This document shows positions 41,247-52,100 of a DNA stretch of 64,000 nt, piece by piece; positions within the stretch are counted from its first letter, which is position 1; each line of letters begins with the position of its first letter. The translations under genes were made by a program, and so were the position numbers. Below the pieces are notes generated by a model, which made no database searches, had not been told where the DNA came from, and saw only the letters and a list, made by a program, of their open reading frames with translations. Source of the DNA: Spirochaetota bacterium (GTDB lineage: Bacteria > Spirochaetota > UBA4802 > JAFGDQ01); contig JAZDKB010000016.1 in NCBI GenBank assembly GCA_043803405.1, forward strand, positions 32,001 through 96,000, given 5' to 3'.

Positions 41247-42005
41247 TTAAACCGGGAATTCCCCTCTCCATATATCCTCTAAAATTACTTTAGCTGCGTC
41301 CATCTCGGCTTTTCGTTTACTCGTACCGTTTCCTACCGATACATCTTTCCCGTGGATGATTAATTTGACTGTAAATTGCTTTTTGTGATCGGGCCCGCTT
41401 TCATTAACAATTTCATATTGCGGCCGTTCTTTATATTTTGCCTGTACGTATTCCTGCAGTGCGGTCTTGGGATCTCTTAAATATGATTGTTTGTCAATTC
41501 TTTCAACGTGGCTTTTCAGAAGCGATAATACGTATTTTTTACTATCTTTTAAACCTGCGTCAAGATAAAGGGCTCCAATTATTGCTTCGAACGTATTTGC
41601 CAGAATTGAAGATCTATCTCTTCCTCCGCATCGTTCTTCACCTTTGCCCATTAGAAGAAAACTTCCCAGATTTATTTCAGCTGCAACCTTTGCTAAAGTC
41701 GACTCGGATACGACCGCAGATTTAATTTTTGCAAGATCTCCTTCCGGATAATCCTCATATCGCTTGAATAAATACTCATTTATTATAACAGCTAATACTG
41801 AGTCGCCAAGATATTCGAGCCTTTCATTATCCTTAAGAGTTCTGTATTCATTAACATATGAACGATGAGTTAATGCTCTATTTAATAAACTTTTGTCTTT
41901 GAACTTAATTTTTAGATTTTTCTGTAGTTTATTTAATTGCCTATACCTTTTTGTTCTATTATTATTATTCTCTTTTTGATTTTCCTTGTTTTCTTCAGAA
42001 TCCAT
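41247..42005 (-). CDS. rnc: Ribonuclease III
   Basis: ALTHRS, NERLEYLGDSVL, dsRBD KTALQEYVQ...GPDHKK. Confidence 0.97.
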   Translation of the reverse strand: MDSEENKENQKENNNNRTKRYRQLNKLQKNLKIKFKDKSLLNRALTHRSYVNEYRTLKDNERLEYLGDSVLAVIINEYLFKRYEDYPEGDLAKIKSAVVSESTLAKVAAEINLGSFLLMGKGEERCGGRDRSSILANTFEAIIGALYLDAGLKDSKKYVLSLLKSHVERIDKQSYLRDPKTALQEYVQAKYKERPQYEIVNESGPDHKKQFTVKLIIHGKDVSVGNGTSKRKAEMDAAKVILEDIWRGEFPV

Positions 42006-42052
42006 TTTCCATTCTTTTTCAAGATTAAGAAAAAATATTTTTACTTATTTTT

Positions 42053-42289
42053 TTATTTCTGTCTAGCTTCAATATAGTCAATTATATCTGCTACTGTCAC
42101 AATTTTTTCTGCGTCTGTATCGGGTATTTCTATCCCGAACTCTTCCTCCAGAGCCATTACAAGTTCTACAGTATCAAGCGAATCCGCGCCAAGATCATCT
42201 ACAAAAGATGCTTCTTTTGTAACCTCCGATTCATCTACACCGAGCTGATCAACAATTATCTGCTTAATTTTTTCAAAATCTACCGCCAT
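42053..42289 (-). CDS. acpP: Acyl carrier protein
   Basis: [20 protein letters not shown]. Confidence 0.97.
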   Translation of the reverse strand: MAVDFEKIKQIIVDQLGVDESEVTKEASFVDDLGADSLDTVELVMALEEEFGIEIPDTDAEKIVTVADIIDYIEARQK

Positions 42290-42490
42290 TTTATCTCCAT
42301 CCTCCTTAAATTTTTCATTTAACTAATGTTTTAAAATACTAAAATAATAAAGGAAACATTTTAATAAATTAATGCAAAAGCCTTTATCCAACCTTTCAGT
42401 TGCGGACGGCACTAATTTTTGAAAAATGTATTTTAAGAGCATAAAGTTTAAATTATATAATAAAATTTAATATAAAAAATCACAATATAA

Positions 42491-42688
42491 TTATTTGGCT
42501 TCTTTTATTTTTACTCTTGGTTCTTTTACAAGAACACCTTTATAATGGCCGCACTCCGGGCAAACCCTGTGAGAAAGCACATAGGCTCCGCATTTGGAGC
42601 AAGGCCTTAAATTTGGAACACCGATCGCATCATGAGATCTTCTCATTCTGGATTTTGCTTTTGATTTTCTTCTCTTTGGTAAAGCCAC
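42491..42688 (-). CDS. rpmF: 50S ribosomal protein L32
   Basis: [19 protein letters not shown]...CSKC...[17 protein letters not shown]17-TATCAG upstream at 42725-42753. Confidence 0.96.
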   Translation of the reverse strand: MALPKRRKSKAKSRMRRSHDAIGVPNLRPCSKCGAYVLSHRVCPECGHYKGVLVKEPRVKIKEAK

Positions 42689-42789
42689 GATATTACTCCA
42701 TAATTTTTTTGAAATAAAGACTCACTGATAATTCAAGTAAGTTGTAATGTCAAGATATTTTTCTTTAATGTTACTCTGCACTTACATAG

Positions 42790-43494
42790 CTAATTTTTTA
42801 AATTATTTGCCTGTTTACTCTGGTAACTAAGCAACAAGATTCTTTTTTTTGCTTTTGAAGCAAACAATGAAGCCGGATAATCGGATATTACTTTTTGATA
42901 ATATTCTCTCGCTTTCGACATATTACCCTTTGAATGATACATTCTGCCTAAATTATAATAAATTTCATCCGAAACAGAACAACCTTTATAATCATTTTCA
43001 AGGCGTTGATACACTTCAATAGCTTTATTATTATCTTTTAGTTTTTCGTATGCAATGCCTGCCCGCTGAAGAGCTAAGGGAGCAAAAAAAGAAGACGGTG
43101 ATTTATCAACAAATTTTAAAAAATAATTTTTGCCTTCATTATAATTATTTGCGGAAAAATATAATCCCGCTATAATATAATAACCATTATCATTGACATA
43201 TCCCCAGATTGACTTATTAACTAAATTATTAATTTCATCAATTGTCTTTTGAATATTTTTTTCTTTATTTGTTTCAATAGAATAATACTTATCAATAATA
43301 AGCTCCAATTCCTTAATGTCATTTTTCTCACGGCTTTTAATATACATTGTACCGGAAACGATAAGGATCAATATAATTATAATTGAAATAAATGAATAGA
43401 TAATAGTCTTTTTGTTTTTAATAAAAACATCTTTCATTCTCATCAAAAATGTTTCTATTAAATTTCGTTTTATTTCGATTTTTCTTTCAATCAT
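42790..43494 (-). CDS. Membrane-anchored TPR protein (YfgM-like)
   Basis: One TM followed by TPRs (IYYNLGRMY...YQKVISDYPAS). Confidence 0.8.
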   Translation of the reverse strand: MIERKIEIKRNLIETFLMRMKDVFIKNKKTIIYSFISIIIILILIVSGTMYIKSREKNDIKELELIIDKYYSIETNKEKNIQKTIDEINNLVNKSIWGYVNDNGYYIIAGLYFSANNYNEGKNYFLKFVDKSPSSFFAPLALQRAGIAYEKLKDNNKAIEVYQRLENDYKGCSVSDEIYYNLGRMYHSKGNMSKAREYYQKVISDYPASLFASKAKKRILLLSYQSKQANNLKN

Positions 43495-43500
43495 GATAAA

Positions 43501-45174
43501 CTATCGTTCTCCCAGTTTTATCTTAATGAAATCACCAATAGTTACTTTTTTTGAACTGCTGTCATTTAAAACTTTGTCGAGTTCTTCTTTCTCTAATGCA
43601 GCGTCGTATTTTTTCATGCTAAGTGACAACCTTTTCTTGCCTACATCTATTCCCAGTACTTCAACATTTACTTCATCCCCTACTTTGAACCGCTCAGCTA
43701 AATTTTCGATCCTTTTATGCGATATTTCAGAGATATGCACAAGCCCTTCAATATCATCCTCTATTTTAACAAATATACCGAAAGAAACTACGCCCGATAC
43801 TATTCCCAAAAGCCTTGTTCCCAAAGGATATTTTTCATTTACGATCTCCCATGGTGATTTTGTAAGTTGTTTAATCCCGCAGGAAATTTTCATTTCATCT
43901 TTTTTAATTTCCAATATTTTATATTCAATTAAATTCCCGACTTTAAAAAGTGCTCCCGGTTCTTTAATATTTTCATCCCAGCTGATATCTGAAATATGTA
44001 TTAATCCGTCAATGCCATCTTCAAGCTCAACAAATAGACCAAAACTGACTATCTTTTTTATTTTACTTTTATTTATTGTTCCAACCTGAAATTTATCATT
44101 AATAGTATCCCATGGATTAGGAATCAACTGTTTATAGCTTAATGGAATTTTTCTTTCTTCCTTTTTAATATCAAGTATCTTTGCCTCAATTCTCTGACCT
44201 TTTGTAAAAATATCTTTTGGATTGACGCTCCTTTTAGTCCAGGATATTTCACTTGAATCAATAAATCCATCAATACCATCTTCTAATTCCACAAAAGCCC
44301 TAAAATTAGTAAGTGTAACGATTTCCCCGGTAACGATATCTCCGATTTTAAATTTATCTTCAACCTTACTCCATGGTTCTTCAGTGAGTTGTTTTAATCC
44401 CAGCGATATTTTTCCGTTATCCCTGTCAATATTTAAAATAACAAAGTCCCGTACTTCGTCAGCTTCTAAAAGCGTTTTTGGTTTAAACACTCTTTTCCAT
44501 GACATATCGTTCTTGTGCAGCAATGCTTCAAGGCCGTCAATTTCAATAAAGGCTCCGAATTCGACAAATTTTTTAACTTTCCCCTGCACCTTATCGCCTA
44601 TTTTATATTTTGCTACAAATCCATCCCATAGCTTTTTATTCTCTTCTTCCATATATTCTTTTCTGGAAAGGAGTATAGAATGCCTTTTTGCATCAATACT
44701 TATAATTTTAAACCAGTAAGTAGTATCGGAGTCCAGGTTTTTCTTAATCCGTAAATCACCTGCAAGAGAAAAAGGTAAAAATCCGTCTACATGATTGCAA
44801 TCAATTATAAAACCTTTATTATTTGAGCTCCCTAACTTACCCTGTATATTCAATACTCCGGCTTCATAAATATTGAGAAACTTGGCCCATCGTTTTTCCC
44901 TGTCTGCAGCTGCCTTTGAAAAAACGTACATTCCATCTATTAACCTTTTATTAAGCAATAATACATCTATCTTTTCGCCTATTTGGGGTTTGCTTTTAAA
45001 CTCATCTAAAGTGACTCTTCCATCCGTTTTAATTCCAACATTCACATAAGCAAAATCATTGTCTATTGTTACTATTTCGCCTTTTAAAATCTTATTAGGT
45101 TCAATTATATCTATCGGGAAGTCCGCTATCTGCTGCATATCAATGTTATCTTCATATTTCTCACTAATAATCAT
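43501..45174 (-). CDS. rpsA: 30S ribosomal protein S1
   Basis: Repeated S1 domains (FGAFIEI, ISLGLKQL..PW, GLIHISDISW); follows cmk. Confidence 0.95.
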   Translation of the reverse strand: MIISEKYEDNIDMQQIADFPIDIIEPNKILKGEIVTIDNDFAYVNVGIKTDGRVTLDEFKSKPQIGEKIDVLLLNKRLIDGMYVFSKAAADREKRWAKFLNIYEAGVLNIQGKLGSSNNKGFIIDCNHVDGFLPFSLAGDLRIKKNLDSDTTYWFKIISIDAKRHSILLSRKEYMEEENKKLWDGFVAKYKIGDKVQGKVKKFVEFGAFIEIDGLEALLHKNDMSWKRVFKPKTLLEADEVRDFVILNIDRDNGKISLGLKQLTEEPWSKVEDKFKIGDIVTGEIVTLTNFRAFVELEDGIDGFIDSSEISWTKRSVNPKDIFTKGQRIEAKILDIKKEERKIPLSYKQLIPNPWDTINDKFQVGTINKSKIKKIVSFGLFVELEDGIDGLIHISDISWDENIKEPGALFKVGNLIEYKILEIKKDEMKISCGIKQLTKSPWEIVNEKYPLGTRLLGIVSGVVSFGIFVKIEDDIEGLVHISEISHKRIENLAERFKVGDEVNVEVLGIDVGKKRLSLSMKKYDAALEKEELDKVLNDSSSKKVTIGDFIKIKLGER

Positions 45175-45219
45175 AGTCCTAACCCTGTTAATAATAACAT
45201 ATTTTATTTATAAACCTGT

Positions 45220-45894
45220 TTAAAGGCTGTTAATTAATTGAATTACTTTTTTAATAACATCGTTCTTAGTCATATTTGTAGAATCCAGATAAAATGCGTC
45301 ATTTGCTTTAACAAGACGTCCATACGGCCTTGATTTGTCCTGTTCATCACGTAGCGCAATCTGGTCGGCTATGCGCTTTATGTCAACATTTTTTCCTTTT
45401 TCTTCATATTCATTAACTCTACGTTGTGCTCTCACGTCGACTGAGGCGTCAAGATAAATTTTTAAATCTGCAAGCGGGAAAACAACTGTTCCAATATCCC
45501 TGCCGTCCATAATAACGGTATCTTCAAGTGCCCAATCTCTTAAAATTATATTAACATAATTCCTTATAGCGATATTATCTGAAACAACTCCAATATTATC
45601 TGCTATTGCAGTATCCCTGATCTCTTCCGAAATATCATTACCATTCACTGAAGTAGAACATGAACCGTCTATATTAAATTGCTGATCTATTTTAATATTA
45701 GTAAGATCATTAACATATTCTTTAGGCTGCAGTTGTGTGCCATATTTTTGCATTAAAATCCATGTTATAGATCTGTACACTGCACCGGAATCAATATATT
45801 TTAACTTTAGTTTTTTAGCCACTTCTTTTGATATGCTGCTTTTACCTGATCCGGCAGGACCGTCAATAGCTACAATAATTCGTTTTTTAGCCAC
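45220..45894 (-). CDS. cmk: Cytidylate kinase
   Basis: AIDGPAGSGKS, IDSGAVYR, MDGRDIGTVVFP. Confidence 0.96.
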   Translation of the reverse strand: MAKKRIIVAIDGPAGSGKSSISKEVAKKLKLKYIDSGAVYRSITWILMQKYGTQLQPKEYVNDLTNIKIDQQFNIDGSCSTSVNGNDISEEIRDTAIADNIGVVSDNIAIRNYVNIILRDWALEDTVIMDGRDIGTVVFPLADLKIYLDASVDVRAQRRVNEYEEKGKNVDIKRIADQIALRDEQDKSRPYGRLVKANDAFYLDSTNMTKNDVIKKVIQLINSL

Positions 45895-45962
45895 AGTTTA
45901 TCGCCGTATAATTATATTTTGTTAAAATGATATGCAAAATACCTGGTGTACCGAGTTCTATT

Positions 45963-46616
45963 TTATTCTTTATCTTCGTAGCAAAATTCTTCGATTTCAG
46001 ATAAATTCGGCAAATCGGAAAGATTTTTAAAACCAAAATGTTTTAAAAATTCATCTGTAGTTCCATAAAGTAGCGGTCTGCCAGGCACTTCTTTTCTGCC
46101 AATCGGTTTTACAAGATTTCTTTTCATTAATTTGGCAAGCATCATCCTTGAGGAAACACCCCGAAGTTCATCTATTTGAGCCATGATAATAGGCTGTTTA
46201 TAGGCAATTATAGAAAGAGTTTCCAGCATTCCTTTTGATAGGCCTTCTTTTTTATCAAAAAATAAACTTTTTCTTATATCTTCAGCAAAAATACTTCGGG
46301 TAATAAACTGATATCCACCCGAAATCTCCTTTAATATCAATCCGCCGCTTCTTTCTTCATATTCGTCTGCCAATGAATCTAAAATAATCTTGGCGTTTTT
46401 GGATTCAATCCCGAAATTTTTTGAAAAAAATGATATGGGTAATGGTTCATTGGAAAGAAATAAAATAGCTTCAAATAAACCATAAAAATATTTTTCATCT
46501 TTATTGATTATTTTATCTGTTGCAAAAGAATCGGACGAATCTTCATTATTAGACTCTGACTCTATTAAGTCATCGTTAGAATCTTCAACATTCTGATTAG
46601 GAATTACTTCATTCAT
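45963..46616 (-). CDS. scpB: SMC-Scp complex subunit ScpB
   Basis: EAILF, LETLSIIAYKQP, GRPLLYGTTDEFLKHFG. Confidence 0.95.
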   Translation of the reverse strand: MNEVIPNQNVEDSNDDLIESESNNEDSSDSFATDKIINKDEKYFYGLFEAILFLSNEPLPISFFSKNFGIESKNAKIILDSLADEYEERSGGLILKEISGGYQFITRSIFAEDIRKSLFFDKKEGLSKGMLETLSIIAYKQPIIMAQIDELRGVSSRMMLAKLMKRNLVKPIGRKEVPGRPLLYGTTDEFLKHFGFKNLSDLPNLSEIEEFCYEDKE

Positions 46617-46662
46617 ATTATTCGTAATAATTTAGGATCTAAATAAATAAATTTGGAGTGTG

Positions 46663-47400
46663 TCAATTGCGCAGTATTCTTATGTCACCAAAAATTCTAT
46701 GCTGTAATATTTTTATTTTCCCATATTTTGCCAGTTCAAGTATTGCCATAAAAGTAACTATTAATTCCATTCGTCCGGGATTATTGGCAAACAAGTCGGT
46801 AAAAAAAATATTACTTGTTTTCTCTAAAAGAGAATTGATTGAATCAATCATGTCACTTACGAGAATTTCGTCAAACACAATTTCTTCATGGATAATTTCT
46901 TCTTTCTTATGCAAAATTTTTGCAAATGCATTAAGAAGATCGTATAGCGACACACCGACATAATTTTCGTCAGTTATTTCCTGGATTACATTTTCTCTGT
47001 GAAAAACATTCGCAAAATTATCATAGTAATCTTTAAGCTTTAACGAAGTTAACTGATACTTTTTATACTCGATTAATTTTTCAACTAAATCCGGTGGGAA
47101 AGGGGGGATAAAATATTCGTCTTCGATATCGCCGCTCGGCAGAAGAGCCTTCGATTTATAATACAACAATTCGGAAGCCATTAAAACAAATTCTGAAGCT
47201 ATTTTTACGTTCATCTTATTCATAAGCTTCAGATATTCTATATACTGTTCCGTTATTTGAGCAATATATATCTCTGTTACATCAATTTTTGCTCTTTTGA
47301 TCAAATCCCATAATAGATCGAGTGGGCCTTCAAAATTTTCAATATTTAATATGTAATTATTATTCTTCTCATTGCTAAAGTCTTCTTTCGCTACATCCAT
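46663..47400 (-). CDS. scpA: Segregation/condensation protein ScpA
   Basis: FEGPLDLLWDLI, ASEFVLMAS, KSKALLP, TFMAILEL. Confidence 0.95.
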   Translation of the reverse strand: MDVAKEDFSNEKNNNYILNIENFEGPLDLLWDLIKRAKIDVTEIYIAQITEQYIEYLKLMNKMNVKIASEFVLMASELLYYKSKALLPSGDIEDEYFIPPFPPDLVEKLIEYKKYQLTSLKLKDYYDNFANVFHRENVIQEITDENYVGVSLYDLLNAFAKILHKKEEIIHEEIVFDEILVSDMIDSINSLLEKTSNIFFTDLFANNPGRMELIVTFMAILELAKYGKIKILQHRIFGDIRILRN

Positions 47401-47555
47401 TTTAAATACTTATCCATATTCATTGCTAATATTAAAAGTTAATTTAAAATTATTTTAAAATAATTTAAAAGTGATATTATTATGTGCTTATTAATATTCA
47501 TTCACTATCTTAATGAATAATAATATTAAAATTCGAAGCTAATAAATCACAAATT

Positions 47556-47915
47556 TTACGATAAAGCTTTTTCAGCTGCTTTTTGCAATCTCTCAGGCGG
47601 GAATGGTTTTACAACGAAATCCTTAACTCCGATTTTAATTGCTTTTGTCAGCAAATTTTCCTGACCAAGTGCTGTAACCATAATAATTTTAGCAGAAGGA
47701 TCCATTGCCAGTATTTCTTCAGCCGCTTCAATTCCATCTTTTTCGCGCATTGTAATATCCATTGTTACTAAATCCGGCTTTAATTTTTTATATATTTCCA
47801 CCGCAATTTTTCCATTCTCAGCTTCCCCAACTATCTCGTGCCCCTTAGGCACTAAGGCGTCTTTTACAAGCGTTCTCATAAATTTTGCATCGTCAACTAT
47901 TAAAATCTTAGCCAT
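47556..47915 (-). CDS. cheY: Chemotaxis response regulator CheY
   Basis: IVDDAKFMR, TMDITM, FVVKPF; lies in the che operon. Confidence 0.93.
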   Translation of the reverse strand: MAKILIVDDAKFMRTLVKDALVPKGHEIVGEAENGKIAVEIYKKLKPDLVTMDITMREKDGIEAAEEILAMDPSAKIIMVTALGQENLLTKAIKIGVKDFVVKPFPPERLQKAAEKALS

Positions 47916-48006
47916 TTTATTTCTCCGTTTAATTGATAAAAATTATATTATGACATTTACTATTTTATAATCACAATGCTAACTAATCAACAAAAATTTA
48001 TTCATA

Positions 48007-49077
48007 TCAAAGCATTTTCACTATATTAATGGGAATGTCATTTAATGAAACAATTGTATCTATTGCTCCCAATTGAACAGCTACGCGGTTCATCCCGTAT
48101 ACAACAGACGTCTCCTCATTCTGAGCTATTGTGTATCCTCCATTTTTCTTCACTTTTAAAATACCATTTGCCCCATCCTGTCCCATTCCTGTCATAATTA
48201 CGCATATTGCATCTTTCCCATAGTGGTCTGCAATTGAATTGAATAATACATCAATTGAAGGAATATGACCGGAAACTTTTTGACCGTGATCAAGCCTAAT
48301 AATCTTTTCACCGTTTTTATCTTCAATTTTCATATGCGAATGGCCAGGCGCAACATATCCGTGACCCGGCAGTATTTTATCTCCTTCTTCAGCTTCCTTA
48401 ACTTTTAGTCCGGAATTGCTGTTTAATCTTTCAGCAAAAGCTTTAGTGAACCCTTCCGGCATATGCTGAACAACAAGTACCGGCAATGGAAAGTTTTCCG
48501 GGAAGCATCGGAAAATGCTTGCCAGCGCAGACGGTCCGCCTGTTGAAGTTCCTATTCCGACAACTCTTCTGCTTGTTTCTTTTCCTTCAATCTTTATTAC
48601 TTCTTTATGAATTTTTTCCTGGGCTTCAGCTTTTTCCGTTTCATGCCATTTTTTCTTCTCGATTAACTTAACATCGGATTTATGCACAGACTTGACTTTT
48701 TCAATCAATAAACTGGCGACTTCATTTATTGTTATAGATAAATTTGAAGCCGGTTTAGGAATAAAATCTACTGCACCGTACTCGAGCGCCTTAAATGTTT
48801 CCTCAGTACCGTGCCGCGTTAATACGCTTAACATTATAACCGGTTTGGGATTTTTTTCAATTATGTGACGAAGAGCTTCGAGTCCGTCCATAACCGGCAT
48901 TTCGATGTCCATAGTAATAACATCGGGGTTCAATACATCATTCTTATAAATAGCGGTTTTACCGTTATTTGCAGTCCCAACGACTTCAATTTCCGGATCG
49001 CTCGAAAGAATATCCGTAATGATTTTTCTAGCTAAAGAAGAATCCTCAACAACAAGTACTTTAATTTTTTGGCTCAT
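48007..49077 (-). CDS. cheB: Protein-glutamate methylesterase CheB
   Basis: REC domain plus GTSTGGP, VQHMP, MTGMGQDG. Confidence 0.96.
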   Translation of the reverse strand: MSQKIKVLVVEDSSLARKIITDILSSDPEIEVVGTANNGKTAIYKNDVLNPDVITMDIEMPVMDGLEALRHIIEKNPKPVIMLSVLTRHGTEETFKALEYGAVDFIPKPASNLSITINEVASLLIEKVKSVHKSDVKLIEKKKWHETEKAEAQEKIHKEVIKIEGKETSRRVVGIGTSTGGPSALASIFRCFPENFPLPVLVVQHMPEGFTKAFAERLNSNSGLKVKEAEEGDKILPGHGYVAPGHSHMKIEDKNGEKIIRLDHGQKVSGHIPSIDVLFNSIADHYGKDAICVIMTGMGQDGANGILKVKKNGGYTIAQNEETSVVYGMNRVAVQLGAIDTIVSLNDIPINIVKML

Positions 49078-49147
49078 TAGTTTTTTTTGATTTCTGTTAA
49101 GTAAAATTCACTCCGGAAAAGCCAGGAGTTTACCATTAAAATAATAA

Positions 49148-52100
49148 TTACATTTCTTTTAATTTTTTCACCATCTTCTTCAGCGAATCAGCTTCAGAAA
49201 GGATTAATAATTTACCCAGTACCCTGTCGTCATGGTAATAAAAATATGTATTCATTGAAAGAGCATAGTCACCGGTAATATTATTCTGGATAAGAATCGA
49301 ATCAATTGTCGATTGAATATAATCATGTATAATAGTCGGAATATCCGGCCTTATTGTCAGTTTAATCTTTTCTGACAGGATATTTATCATCGATGACCCT
49401 ATAATATTAGTCACTTCCTTAAGGGCGGATTCACCATCCTGATCTAGGTGTTTTGTTTTACCGGTTGATAGCCCGTAAAGCATATCAATTAATTCAAAAC
49501 CCGATTGCTCGCTAAAACTAAACAGGACTGCACCGTTAACATCTCCAAGAATCGGCATAAAAACACCAATGTAAACCGTATCAACTTCTCCAATAGTTTT
49601 AGCAATATTCTTAATGGGAATAATCTCTACTTCGGGAATTGAAAGAGAAACGCTTTTATCCAGAATTTTAGAAAGTGATTCAGCTGCGTTGGCAATGCCG
49701 ACATTTGCTATTACATTAATTTTTTCTATATCTTCTTTCGCGATGTTCAGGGATTTTATTATATGATCTTCATCATCTATTTCTGTATTAGCTTTAATAT
49801 TCTCTTCCAGTTCTTTTTTAAATCCGCTCAATGTATCTCTGACTTTTTGTTCTATTTGATCTTCTGTTAATTCGGCGTTACCGGACGAAGTGATAATATT
49901 TTTAGGTGATTTTTCATCTTTAATAAAAAGGATATCTTCAGTGATTTTCTGATCTTCTTCTTTCCTGGTAACTGCAGGAGTTTGCTTTTCCTTTACCGGT
50001 TCAGTATATACATTCTCTTTCACCGAAACGGATTTTGTTTGTTTTTCTGAAAGGTTATCTGATTTAATTTTCTTTTCTTTAACTTCTTCGTACTGCTCTT
50101 CTAATGATGAGAAATTTTCCTGTGATTCATTTGATCTGGCTGATTTTTTTTGTCTAATAGATTTTTCTTCATCGGAGATAACCTTGTTAATCATTGACGC
50201 GATATCCAGAATAAGACAAATACTCCCGTCTCCCAGAATTGAAGCGCCGGACAGACCGTCAATATTTGTATAGTTTTCTTCCAGTGATTTTATTACTATT
50301 TCCTGTTTGCCTTCAAGACTGTCAACGATTACGCCGATCTTTCTGTTTCCATATCCGACAATTACTACAGGTATCTTCATCTCACTTGTAAGTGAACTCT
50401 TTATTCCGATAAATTCATTTAATCGAAGCAGAGACAGTATTTCTCCTCTCAGGTTAACAACTTCTCTGCCTTCAATCGTTGTAATATCCGATTCAGTAAT
50501 TTTTATTGTTTCTATAACATCCGGTAATGGTATTGAATACATTTCATTTTGAACTTTAATCATAATTGCAGGAATAATTGCTAACGTAAGAGGGAATGAG
50601 AGAACAAAATTTGTGCCCATCCCGGGTTCTGTTTCTATTCTGACACTTCCGTTTAATTCGCTTACTGTTTCCTTTACAACATTCATTCCTACTCCACGTC
50701 CGGATATATCGGTTATTACATCTGCTGTCGAAAACCCGGGCCGGAAAATAAATTCGACAATATCATCTTCGTCCATATTGCTCAGCATATCCGGGGTAAC
50801 CAGTCCGCCTTTAAGTGCTTTCTTTTTAATCTTTTCAATATCAAGTCCTCTGCCGTCGTCTCCGATTTCAACGAATATCTGATTGCCACCCTGATATGCA
50901 TTAATCGTAACAGCCGCCTCCTCAGGTTTGCCCAGTCTTCTTCTCTCTTCAGGTGTCTCAACTCCGTGGTCGATACAGTTCCTTAGCAGGTGGAGTAATG
51001 GTTCTCCGATAACATCTATAACTTTTTTATCAAGCTCCGTATCTTCTCCTTTTATGACAAAATTTATTTTTTTATTGAATTCCTTGGCAAGATCCCTGAC
51101 CGGCCTGTTGAATCTGGATAAGACCTGGCCGATCGGAACCATTCTTGTTTTCATGATCCCGCTTTGCAGATCCTTTGCTATCCTGGACATTTGGTCCATT
51201 CTGTTTTTAAATTCGCCAATAATAGATTTGTCTATATTGCTTTTCTTTATTTCATCAAATAACCTGATAAACCCTGAATTTGCGATAACCAGTTCGCCTA
51301 CTGTATTAAGGAGAAGATCAAGCTTATCAACGGATACCTTAACGATTTTTAAACTGACTGCCTTTTTATCGTCTTTCCTTCTGCCGAACGAAATATCCTC
51401 ATGTTCATCGGATTCGGATTCCTCCTCATGCTTGGAGGTCTCTTTTTTAGGAACATCTTTTTTGGTTTCTTCAACCTGCTTGGGTTTTACTTCCTCGGTT
51501 TTTTCCTCGAAAAGAATTTCTTTTTCGTGTATTTTCAAACCGGCCTTATTATCTTTTGTTGAAAGACTTATTTTTCTTAATTCAACTTTATTCACCAGAT
51601 CTATTTCACAGGCGCTGCTTATTTGCTCTACCGGATGATCCGACAACAGGACAATTCTAAAAACATTATCTTTCCAGTCTTTTGAAATATCGCTCATGGA
51701 CGGAATTGTTTTTAAAACCTCGCCCAGCTGTTCAAGATTATTATTTATTAATTGAGCTTTTATCCATTTCATTTGAGCATAGGGATCGATGTAAATATCC
51801 AGTTCGCAGCAAAATTTTCCTTCCTTAAGCCCGTTGATGATGCTTTTCATTTCACTCTGCGAATACTGGATTTTTATTGCAGATTCTTTTTTGCTGCTTT
51901 CTTCTTTTATTTCTTTCTGTTCATTTTCCTTTTTTGCGGGTTTTTGCGCTGGGGACTGCGGAGAAGATTTTGTATTTTCACTGATATTTTTTATCTTTTC
52001 AATCGTCGCGCTCAAATCCTGTTTTGGTTCCTCTCCTCTGGACACTGAGCTTATAATAGAATTAATGAGATCAAAGCATTGGAAAAGTACTTCGATTATT

